Shown in pieces: positions 43,798 to 54,300 of a stretch of DNA of 64,000 nucleotides (within the stretch, counting starts at the first letter, position 1; each line of letters opens with the position of its first letter). The notes below the pieces were generated by a model, which did not search any database, had not been told where the DNA came from, and was given only the letters and a program-made list of their open reading frames with translations. Made by a program: the position numbers and the translations under genes. Origin of the DNA: a virus; the IMG/VR virus record IMGVR_UViG_3300045988_046889. One strand, given 5' to 3'.

Positions 43798-46569
43798 ATG
43801 GTTAATAGAAAAGTTATAAGGAAACACAATAGTCCTGTTACTGTTGGCATCATCAATAGATATGGTGATGGTGGTAGTATATGGGACATTAGCAAGCTTT
43901 TTACCAAAGAAAACTTAGGTAAACTAGGTCTTGGATTATTAGGCCCTGCTGGTAATGCAGCAAATGGTTTAATAAGTAATGGACTAAGTTCAGGAGCAGG
44001 CAATGCAGTCAATAAAGTAGGAAGTACTGCGGGTTCTGCCATTAGCACAGTCAACCCTTTATTAGGAGGCATTGTGTCTGCTGGTACTGGGTTGATAGGT
44101 GGTATAACCAATGCATTATTCGGTTCAAAGATTAATGAGGAAAATGTCAATAATGTCAGAAACTCCAATAATGCCCTGAGTACAGTTAAAGTTGATAGCA
44201 GTAGCAATGACTCTATACTTAATCAATGGTCTAATCAGGACTTTGGAGCAGACTTCTCCCAGTCAGATATTGGGAAAGATGGATTGTTCAGTGATAAGGC
44301 AGAAGATTTATACAATGAGTTGAAGAAGGAACAAGAGATAGCCAGAGGCAGAGCACTGCTAAGTTATGATAATGCAATAGAAAGTGCCGATAAGATGAAT
44401 GATTTAAGAGCTATGTCCAATTACATGGCAAAGGGAGGTAAGATTCATATCAAGCCTGAGAACAGAGGCAAGTTTACTGCACTTAAAAAGAGAACTGGAA
44501 AGTCATCATCTTGGTTCAAGGAACATGGTACTCCTGCACAAAAGAAGATGGCTACCTTTGCCTTAAATGCTAGAAAGTGGAAACATGATGATGGAGGATG
44601 GATAGATGAAGAGTTTACTTTGCCTTACAGTGCCTATATAGCAGACAGGGTAAATAACATGGGACTTAATAACTCTCAAAAGGCTGCTGTATACAGTTCA
44701 ATATATGGGGAATCAAGGTTCAATCCCTATGCCTATAATCCCGGAGGTGGTGGAAAGGGAGCACATGGAATCATGCAATGGAGAGGTGCCAGAATACCTG
44801 AAAGCTCTCATCTGCCTAGCCAAATGGACTACTTGGAAAATACACTTAATAGTGTAGATAGGATGAATTGGTTGAGTAAGAGAAGTCTGAACAATTTCAA
44901 GGAATCCAATACTCCTGAGGCTTCCTCCTCTGCATTTGAAAGAGGATATGTCAGGGGAGAGGAGTTCTCTAGAACCTCTAAAAGAAAGAAGGCAAGGTCT
45001 GTATATGACAAGATGCACACTCCCAGTCTGTCTGACTTATCAGATTATAATATGAGAACTATTACCAAACCTAATATACAAGTACCTTTTAATCCATTTG
45101 GAGATGGTGGCCTCATGGGTACTCATGGAGCAGATTTTACCAATGGTGTCACTGTTATAAATAATGGAGGATACCATGAAGAGAATCCACATGAAGGAGT
45201 ACAGATTGGGGTTGATTATAATGGAATACCTAATCTTGTGGAAGAAGGAGAGGTGATTTATAATGATTATGTATTTAGTAACAGGATTAAAGTACCTGAT
45301 TCAGTGAAGCAGAAGTATAAATTGAAGGGTAGCAAAGGTCTGACATTTGCAGATGCTGCCAAAAAGATTCAAAAGGAATCTGAGGAAAGGCCCAATGACC
45401 CAATAAGCAAGAGGGGATTGGAAGATGGCCTCATAAAATTAATGCAAGAGCAGGAAGCTCTTAGAGGACAGGGGCAATATGGACTTGAAGGAGTACAATA
45501 TGCAGAAGGAGGTCTTATACCTGATGATTACACATATACTCCGGTGTTTGGTTCTTGGAAATCAGGAGAGTTGCCAGAGGTTACAGCTACAGCAAAGAGG
45601 CCCAGCATGATTAAATATGTGGATTATGACATACCTTCTACCATAGAGCCTATAGGTATTGATGGTCTTTATGCAGGATTTAGTGGCCTGTCTCCTATGG
45701 AAATATCAGGTATTGGTGAAGTAGGATATGATATACCTTCTAATGTGGAAGGTACAACTCCTGCTAAAGTTAGGGTACCCAAAAGAAAGGGTAATACAGA
45801 TAGAAGAGGATTTGATGCTACTTGGCTAAGATATGCACCTGTAGTAGGTTCTGCAATAGGGTTGGGTCAAAGTATATTCAGCAGGCCTGATTATACAGGA
45901 CCTGATGCAATCATAGAGGCTGCAAACAAAGTAGGTAATTATACCCCTGTAAGCTATAAGCCAATAGGGAATTACCTGCAATATAAACCACTTGACAGAA
46001 ACTTTTATATAAATAAGCTTGGTGCACAGGCTGGTGCAACAAGAAGAGCTATCATGAACTCTTCAAGTCCTTCAAGGAATGCCGCACTACTTGCAGCAGA
46101 CTATAATGCACAAGGAAAGTTGGGAGACTTAGCAAGACAGGCTGAGGAGTACAACTTGGCACAAAGACAAATGGTAGAGCAGTTTAATAGAGGAACCAAT
46201 CAAGCAAACTCTGAAATGGGACTTAAAGCTGCAATGGCTAACCAAGAGGCTGCACTAAAGGCAGGAAGCACAAGGCTAAGTGGTATTACACAAGCTATGG
46301 CAATGAGAGATGCAATAGATGCAAGAAGAGGTGCAAGTATGAGTGCTAACCTGACTAATCTGTTTGACTCATTGGGTAATATAGGAATAGATGCTTATAA
46401 CAGGTCTGACAGGGATATGCTAATCAACTCAGGGGTATTTGGTACTCTAAGCCAGAAACCTAAGGAATGGAGTAAAGAAGAGTGGGAGGATTACAAGATG
46501 TCTGTAGCAGGAGGCAAGTATTCTAAAGGAGGAAAATTAAAGAAGAGAAGAGGAGGTCTCACTTACTAA
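43798..46569 (+). CDS. glycine-rich tail/ejection protein with internal lytic transglycosylase (SLT) motif
   Basis: The track start at 43777 is TTG, ATG at 43798; N-terminal Gly/Ala/Ser-rich tract; SIYGESRFNPYAYNPGGGGKGAHGIMQW carries the SLT signature E-S...G.MQ (Glu at 44710..44712). Confidence 0.5.
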   Translation: MVNRKVIRKHNSPVTVGIINRYGDGGSIWDISKLFTKENLGKLGLGLLGPAGNAANGLISNGLSSGAGNAVNKVGSTAGSAISTVNPLLGGIVSAGTGLIGGITNALFGSKINEENVNNVRNSNNALSTVKVDSSSNDSILNQWSNQDFGADFSQSDIGKDGLFSDKAEDLYNELKKEQEIARGRALLSYDNAIESADKMNDLRAMSNYMAKGGKIHIKPENRGKFTALKKRTGKSSSWFKEHGTPAQKKMATFALNARKWKHDDGGWIDEEFTLPYSAYIADRVNNMGLNNSQKAAVYSSIYGESRFNPYAYNPGGGGKGAHGIMQWRGARIPESSHLPSQMDYLENTLNSVDRMNWLSKRSLNNFKESNTPEASSSAFERGYVRGEEFSRTSKRKKARSVYDKMHTPSLSDLSDYNMRTITKPNIQVPFNPFGDGGLMGTHGADFTNGVTVINNGGYHEENPHEGVQIGVDYNGIPNLVEEGEVIYNDYVFSNRIKVPDSVKQKYKLKGSKGLTFADAAKKIQKESEERPNDPISKRGLEDGLIKLMQEQEALRGQGQYGLEGVQYAEGGLIPDDYTYTPVFGSWKSGELPEVTATAKRPSMIKYVDYDIPSTIEPIGIDGLYAGFSGLSPMEISGIGEVGYDIPSNVEGTTPAKVRVPKRKGNTDRRGFDATWLRYAPVVGSAIGLGQSIFSRPDYTGPDAIIEAANKVGNYTPVSYKPIGNYLQYKPLDRNFYINKLGAQAGATRRAIMNSSSPSRNAALLAADYNAQGKLGDLARQAEEYNLAQRQMVEQFNRGTNQANSEMGLKAAMANQEAALKAGSTRLSGITQAMAMRDAIDARRGASMSANLTNLFDSLGNIGIDAYNRSDRDMLINSGVFGTLSQKPKEWSKEEWEDYKMSVAGGKYSKGGKLKKRRGGLTY

Positions 46570-46570
46570 T

Positions 46571-48319
46571 ATGGCAAATTATAGTTTGGTTGTAAATAGC
46601 AAGTTCCAGCCTTTCTCTTTTGACAGGTACTTGCAACCATATCAAATATATGGTCAGAATTATAAGGAAATTGAGGAACAATATACTGACTTGTCTACAA
46701 AGGCTGGTATATGGGATGGCTTAGCCAATGAGCAGACTGACCCATATACCTATAAGATGTACAAGACCTATGCAAATGATTTGGAGAATCAAGCCAGTCA
46801 GCTTGCAAGTGAAGGACTTAATGCTGTAAGTAGGAAGAACATGCTCAACATGAGAGCAAGGTACAGTAAGGAAATTATTCCTATTGAGCAAGCATATAAG
46901 GCAAGGACAGAAGAGGCAGCAGAACAATATAAGGGAAGAGCTGCTGGTATGGTATATGAAGGAGATGCTTCTACAGCATCATTAGACAGATACCTGAATA
47001 ATCCCTCTATAAGATTCAATCAGGCTAATAGTCAAGAGGGATTCAAGAGGGTAGCTACTACTGCTTCTGCATTATCCAAAGGATTGAGAGACTATAGAAA
47101 TGGCAAGAGACTTGACCCCTATGTCAAGACTTGGCTACAAGAACATGGATATAAGGATACTGATGTAGCAAAGGCCATCAATGACATTCAAAGACTGATT
47201 AATGGAGATACTGATGTGGATACTAGTGGAGTCCTTAATTCTATCCTTCAGGATGAGCTTAATGTCTCTGGAGTAGGCAAGTGGTCAGACAAAGCTGCTG
47301 TTATGGACTACTTCAGTAGAGTAGCCCCAGCATTATATCAGGCAGTTGGCCAGACCCAAGTATCTCCTTATGAGGATTATGGAGCCAAGCTATCAGCACA
47401 GGAGGCTATGCAGAAGAGATTGAAAGCTTTAGATAACCCTACCCCGACATTGAATTACAAGCCTAGGACATTATCACACTTAGAGGCTAATGGGACTATA
47501 TATAATGCAAGGCAGACGATGAATAGATTGAATATTCCCGGGAAAGGACTGAAGGCTTCTTACTTTGGTAAGAAGGGTACATATAACCCATTAAAGGTGT
47601 ACGAGGAATATAGGAAGATGACAGGACCTGTAAGGCCAGGTATAGGAACTGAACTATACCAAGCTCAGTATGGAGTACATAGGCCTTGGTCTGATATAGA
47701 GAAAGAGGCTATGGATACTCTCAAGAAGAAATATGGAGAGGACATAAAGGTTTTATCTGACGAAGACTATAAGACGCTAAAGGGTATTGGTTATACCAAC
47801 AAGTCATCGCTTGATGACTTCAGGAATATGGATGAAACAATAAACTCTGCTGCAAAATCCTATACGGAATACTTTATAAATGGAGACCCTGAGTATCTAT
47901 CAGAAGTATTGACTAAGAATATAAGTAACCAAAAGAATTGGGAAAAATCGTTGGCTGGAAATGCAACTGTCTTGGATAAAAACTTTAATAGAACTTCCAA
48001 GAAGTTTGACCCTGAAGATTATGGAACTGAGGACAATCCTATAGTGGATTTCAGTCACAGTACCAAACATAGGGGCAAGGTAATAGTATCTTATAAGGAT
48101 GGGTCAAAGGTTGCATTTAGTCCTGACCTTATCTCAGGAGAAATGGGTAACCTGTTCAGACTATATGACAGAAGGATTAAAGAGTTGATGTCTGAGGGAT
48201 TTACTGAGAAAGAGGCAGAGGATTATGGAGAAATGTTTCTTATGGAAGGTATAAGTTCTATAGGATTGGGTGGATATAACCAATCCTTGACAAAGACCAG
48301 TTCTAAAGTTGGGGGATAA
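46571..48319 (+). CDS. hypothetical virion protein (582 aa)
   Basis: ATG 2 nt after the previous stop; co-oriented with the giant gene. Confidence 0.45.
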   Translation: MANYSLVVNSKFQPFSFDRYLQPYQIYGQNYKEIEEQYTDLSTKAGIWDGLANEQTDPYTYKMYKTYANDLENQASQLASEGLNAVSRKNMLNMRARYSKEIIPIEQAYKARTEEAAEQYKGRAAGMVYEGDASTASLDRYLNNPSIRFNQANSQEGFKRVATTASALSKGLRDYRNGKRLDPYVKTWLQEHGYKDTDVAKAINDIQRLINGDTDVDTSGVLNSILQDELNVSGVGKWSDKAAVMDYFSRVAPALYQAVGQTQVSPYEDYGAKLSAQEAMQKRLKALDNPTPTLNYKPRTLSHLEANGTIYNARQTMNRLNIPGKGLKASYFGKKGTYNPLKVYEEYRKMTGPVRPGIGTELYQAQYGVHRPWSDIEKEAMDTLKKKYGEDIKVLSDEDYKTLKGIGYTNKSSLDDFRNMDETINSAAKSYTEYFINGDPEYLSEVLTKNISNQKNWEKSLAGNATVLDKNFNRTSKKFDPEDYGTEDNPIVDFSHSTKHRGKVIVSYKDGSKVAFSPDLISGEMGNLFRLYDRRIKELMSEGFTEKEAEDYGEMFLMEGISSIGLGGYNQSLTKTSSKVGG

Positions 48320-48325
48320 GTAAAT

Positions 48326-51300
48326 ATGGAGTATCAAGATATAACAAAGACGGGCCCTGTAGGTCTTAAAGGTCTTAAAGGACTTAAAGGACTTAACAGG
48401 GTCCCTGAAATGGGAGAGTTTGAATTAAGTGTATTGGGAGGTACAAGGGCATTACAACAGTCCTTGGCACCTTCCACCTCTGAGGAGGTAGGTATAGAGT
48501 TGGCTGATAAAGGATATGGTCAAAGCATCTATGATGAAGACATAAACTTTGTCAGTCAGGCTGATGACCTGAATGAAGTCAGAGCCATAGAGCAGCCTTG
48601 GTATGCCCAATTAGGGGCAGGTCTTGCCAAAGGAGCTGTGTTGACAGGTACCACTTTCCTTGATGGTACTGTAGGATTAGTGCTTGGTGCAGGTACTGCA
48701 ATAAATGAGGGGAGATGGTCTGGTCTGTGGGATAATGATTTTTCCAAGGCTATGCAATCAGTCAATGAATGGTCTGAAGAGGCACTACCTAATTACTATA
48801 CAAGAGATGAGCAGGAGGAGCCTTGGTATGAGAACATCTTTACTGCAAACTTCATAGGTGACAAGTTCATCAAGAATCTAGGATTCAGTGTAGGTGCCTT
48901 CTATAGTGGTAATATAACTGCTGCTGGGTTGAAAGCCTCTAGACTGCCTCAATTAATAGGAGCCATTAAGAACTCATCAAAGGCTCCAGCAATAGTCAAT
49001 TCTACTGTAGGAGCCACTATCTCCTCAGTAAACGAGGGAAGAATAGAGGCCCTGAATAATAGTAAGGATTGGTTTGAGTTGCAAAAAGCACAGCTTGATG
49101 ACAGGTATAATCAAAGGATGCAGGCTATAGGGGATGCTTATGGTGGCACTGAAATGTATAACCAACTTGTATCTGCTGAAAGCCAAGCATATAATAAGGC
49201 ATTGGAGAAGCTGAGTGAAGACAGGTTAAAGATGGGTAATGCTGATTTGCTTATGAATATACCTGTCCTGTTGGCTTCCAATATAACTCAGTTTGGCAAA
49301 CTGTATGCCAATGGATTCAAGACTGCAAGAAAGACTACCAATATAATGGGAAAAGCAGGGGAATATACTGCTGGTACTACAAGGTTGGGAACTGTTGCTG
49401 CCATAACAAGAGGTGCCCTGTCAGAAGGTGCTGAGGAGATGGCACAGAGTATAGCAAGCAGGACAGCAGGCAATTACTATTCAACTGATGTAAACAACTT
49501 CTACAAGTCAAAGACTGACCCTGAAGCTTCACAAGAAACATTGGATTGGGTTAAGGCATTTGCCCAAGGAGTAAATGAGACTGTCAATGAAGGGTCTTCT
49601 TGGGAAGAGTTCTTTATTGGTGCCCTTACAGGTGCATTGGGTATGCCTAGATTCAGAAGTATAAGGAATAAGCAGGGAGGTATCCAATCCCCTGTTACCA
49701 TTGAGGGAGGAGCCATAAATGAGTGGAGAGATTACAATGAGAGGATGGCAAGGGAAGAGAGAATTGCCAACTACATGAATGACAGAGTAAATTCTCCTGA
49801 GTTTAAGAACTACTATCAAGGTCTTATCAGGCATAACAAGTATCAAAATGATATGAATAGGGCTGCTGAGCAGGGTGATGAGTTCAACTTCAAAAATGCA
49901 GAGCATGCCCAGTTGGTATCTGATATTGCCATGTTTGATAATGCAGGAAGGATGGAAGACCTTAACACACTTATTGATGCTGCATTTGATACATCAGACG
50001 AGAATCTTGCCTCTATTGTAGAGAATACCACAACTGCTCTTGAAGATGGTTCTAAGGTTGGCCCATTTGTAGATAGGAATGGAAACCCCATGTATGCTAC
50101 TCCAGAGGGCAAACAGGAGATGATAGAGAAACTACAGCAGAATCATGATGAAATGACCAAGACCATCAGTGATTACCTGAAGATAAGAGATGACATTGAT
50201 ATTAGGACAGCCCAGCAATTATCAGATGACCAGCTTGAGGAACTGACTTGGATGAAGTCCCAAATTGGTAATTGGGCTGAAAGGGCTACAGCTATGTCTG
50301 GAGAGGTAAAGTCAGCTATTGGTAATGTGATAGGCAATCTAAATTCATTCCTTAGATTCAATCAGCAAGTAAGGAGCAGTGAGGGTCAGTCTCATAAAGG
50401 ATTGTCTGAAGGGTATCAACAGGCAGACAATAATATAAGAGCCATTGAGAAAGCTATAAATACTCTTAGCTTTGTAAAAGGTCAGGAGGATAATGTCTTG
50501 CCTAGAACATTGATAGACTATCCTAAGTTTACCAAGGGATTAATCAATGAGATTAATGAGGTTGATGATACTGTGCTTAGTGGGGATGAGAAAGAAGACA
50601 TTATAACCAAGATTAATGATATTGTCAAGTTAGGAAATGCCTCAGAGGTATATAACAACAAACTTAATGAGTACCTCAGGAATCCTCAGAAGCAGATAGA
50701 AGACCATATAAAGGCAGGTGAACAAGCTGCACAACAAGAAGCTGAGAAGAAATCAAATGACCTGAAAGCTTCTTTGAGTTCTGCACAGAATCTACAAGAG
50801 TTCAGAGCTATCTTGGATGACCAAGATGATATAGTAAACAGGAATAATACCCTGAAAGACTTGGAAGATGAAGGTAATGAGATGGCCAAGAACTATAGAG
50901 AAACCTCACAATATAATAATGAGGTCAGTAGGATTATACAATCCTCAGATGAAGAGCCACAAGTAAAGCAAGATGCTATTAAACTCCTTCAAGACCAATT
51001 CAATAACTCTGAGAATCTTGAACAGATGGCCAATCCCAACTCCATATTCATTAATAACGATAATGCTTTTGATGAAGATTCTGAAGGAGATATTGAGTTG
51101 TCTACAACAAGATTCCAAGAAGCTCAATATGCCCTGCAAAAGGCAATGTCCCAGGTAAATGATGATAATAGATTCAAGGATAGGTTCTCTCCTGAATATA
51201 GGAAACCTGTAGAAAAAAGAGAAGGTACCACAAGAGGAGATGATAGAAGAGACACTACTGGAGACAGTGGGACTCCTACTGTCCCTGTAGTGACAAGTAG

Positions 51301-54300
51301 TGAGGACTTGCCTGTAACAGAAGTACCTGTTGGCAATGTAACTCCTGAAATGGTTAATGAGGAGAATAAGAAAGCCAATGAAAGGGTGGAAGCTCCACAG
51401 AGGCCAAGTAGGGACAGAGTCAACCAGTTCTATAGACCTGCCATACCTGAGTTGCATATAGAAGCAAGCAAGGAAGGTGACTTTAGGCCATTTGATGTTG
51501 TAGTAGGTGAAAGGGAAAAGGGAGTGGACTTCTCTGGTATCTATGGTTATCTTAGAGACCAGGATACATTCAGATATTTAAATGAAGGTAATTTGAAGGC
51601 AGGTGATGAGCTTGGATTTATGATTGACCCAGACTTCAATGACAAAACCATCTTCATTATAGATAGGAAGAATAACCAAGTAGTTGGCAGCTTGGATGAG
51701 TCTGACTACAGTGTTTCAAGGTATGAGGGCCTGAAGGGACTTGAAGAGAGAATAAAAGATGAGTTTGCTAACAGAGAAAATAAGGCTGGTAAATTCATTG
51801 CCACACCTGTTACAAGAGTATCCAAGATGATGGTAGGCAGGATTCCTTATGGTAGTACAGAAAGAAGTCTTAAAGACATCCCTAATGTATCATCAGAAGG
51901 CAGAAGACCTGTTTTTGGAATCATCAAGAATGGAGTTTTGACAACTAATGGCAAAGTCAATGACAGTCTTGTTATCAAGCCAGTAGATATGGGCCAAAAG
52001 GAAGGCAGACTATATCTACTTGTTCCTAATGGGGCTGGAAAGTATTCACCTGCTGCTGTAAGGGTTAAGCACTTCAATAATGAGGAGTTCAATTTAAATG
52101 ACCCTTCAGTAAGCTCTACTCCAGTTGGAGAGGATATAAAAAATGCGATTAACAACCTGTCTATGGCTACATCACAAGGTGATGTGTCTGCTGCAATGCA
52201 GGACTTGGCACAAGACCTGTATATGCAGGATATAATGGTTACTTGGTTTAGTAGCAAGTCAGGTGATGGTATTGTAATTAGTAAGAAGGTCAAAAGGCCA
52301 GATGGTACTTATGAGAAAGTTATCATAGATGGTAAGGAGCAAATCAAGGAAGATAAGCATGATATATACTTCTCTACAGGGAGTAAGACTGCTATCATTT
52401 CAGGAGTAGAATGGGATATAACAGCAGCAGAAGAACAAGGTGATACAAGTGCTTTCAATGCTCCTAAAGACCCTGATGATATATACAATGAAATACTTGG
52501 GCACCTTATTAAATTCAACCTTCCTTTACAAGTCAGTACAAAGAGGATTAATGAGGGTGCATACAATAACAGGCTTATCAATTCTGACATTCTTACCTCA
52601 AATATTACTGAAGCTTCAGTAAGAAGCACTTGGTTTACAACTGATTACTTTGATGATGAAGGTAATCTCCATCAGGCTGTAAGTCCAGCCTCAGTAGCTC
52701 CTCAGCCTAAGAGGAAGATTGAGACTCCTGTAGGCGGTACTGAGGGTGCTATTTCAGGTACAAGAATAGTATCTGCATTTACAAACAAGCCTTACTTTGT
52801 AGATTTGAAGACAAACACTATCAGGGATGAGCAAGGTAGGAATGTAAAAGTTACTGATAGCAATAGAGTACTGTTTGATTTAGCTTGGGCACAAGATAAC
52901 TTCGGGAGTTTCACAGACTCATCAATAATGGTGGACAACAAGGTTCTTACACCTAATGGTCAGGTTCTTGACAGGACTTCACAGAAGTATATCACAGGCC
53001 AAGAGGCACAAGATGTGAAGGATACTATTGCAGGAAAGAAGAAGGAGAGAGAGGACAGGGTTGCCAAGTCCAAGAAGATTATCAGTGAGATATATGAGAA
53101 TCAAAGAAGGATTGACAAGACAAGGACTGATGGCGAGTTCTATTATGTGCTTGAAGATGATGGTGAGTATCACCAATATAGTAGAGTACACAGTAGATTA
53201 GGTTCTAACTGGATAGAGTCCTCTAAGCAAACAGAGGCTTTAACTCAGGTGAGAGCCAAGTTATCACAGTTGGTTGATGTTCCAGCACAATATGACAATT
53301 ACTTGAAATTCCTTGAGAATAAGTACAAGATTAGTCTTGATGGTTACCAAGGAAAGGCTGATGCCAAGAGTAGGGACACTATTGTGAACATAGTAAGGGA
53401 CAAGATGTCTGGTACCAACTCACAAAGGGCATTGGATGCTGGCTCAGCAGTAGATAGTATTATCAGGCAATATTTCACTATAAGAGATGTGTCAAGGATA
53501 GTCAAGCCATCTAATATGTCAGAAAATGCCTTCATGGATTTGATTACTACTCTTAACAGGGTCAAATCAAATATGGAGCATATGGGAGAAAGGTTCCTTG
53601 CTGATAATATTATATTGTATCAGAAATATCCTGATGGTACAAGAGTTGCAGGAGAAGTTGATATTCTATCAGTTGATAAGGATGGTAACTTTAGAATCTA
53701 TGATGTGAAGTCAAGCAGATACAGCTTCTATGACTTTACTGACAGATATGGACACAAGGTAAATTACTTTACCACCCCATCTGCCACTCAAAGAATGAGT
53801 GCAAAGGATTACTATACCTTACAGTTGTCTGCATACAAGAACCTGTTTGAATCCCAGTATGGAACCCCGATTACCAAACTGGCTATAATGCCATTTGTGC
53901 TGAGCTATGACAGGGAGAATGTATCAGCAGTACAAAGTGAGAAAGGCATTCCTGTTGAGTATAATCCTGCTGTAAATGTACCTTTGGTTAGTTCTGTTGA
54001 GGTAAATAAGGTTGCTGAAGCTCCTGCTACTCCAGCACAGAACCAGCAAGTACTGCCCATCTTTGAAACTTCATTGGAAACTCAGAATCCTGTAGATAGG
54101 ATACTGCCTGAAAACTCTTTGGGAAAAGATTCTATTGTGGGTTATTATGAGAAGGATGGGAAATTATATAAAGGATATATCAAGAAGGCTGGTGAGGTAG
54201 AAGGTATTCCTATATACATTACAAAGGAGAGAGACAGGGGATTTGGCAGAGAGGGTGAAATGAATGAGTCATCTTCTTACTTTGTGGTATTACCAAATGG

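Noticed and set aside
50945-51457. 170-aa antisense ORF, and the many other 60-150-aa antisense ORFs inside the giant genes (e.g. 13849..14250, 30605..31018, 51847..52293, 57951..58373)
   Set aside because: They are embedded antisense within long, clearly coding genes. They have Ser/Leu-rich low-complexity translations typical of the antisense frame of AT-rich coding DNA.
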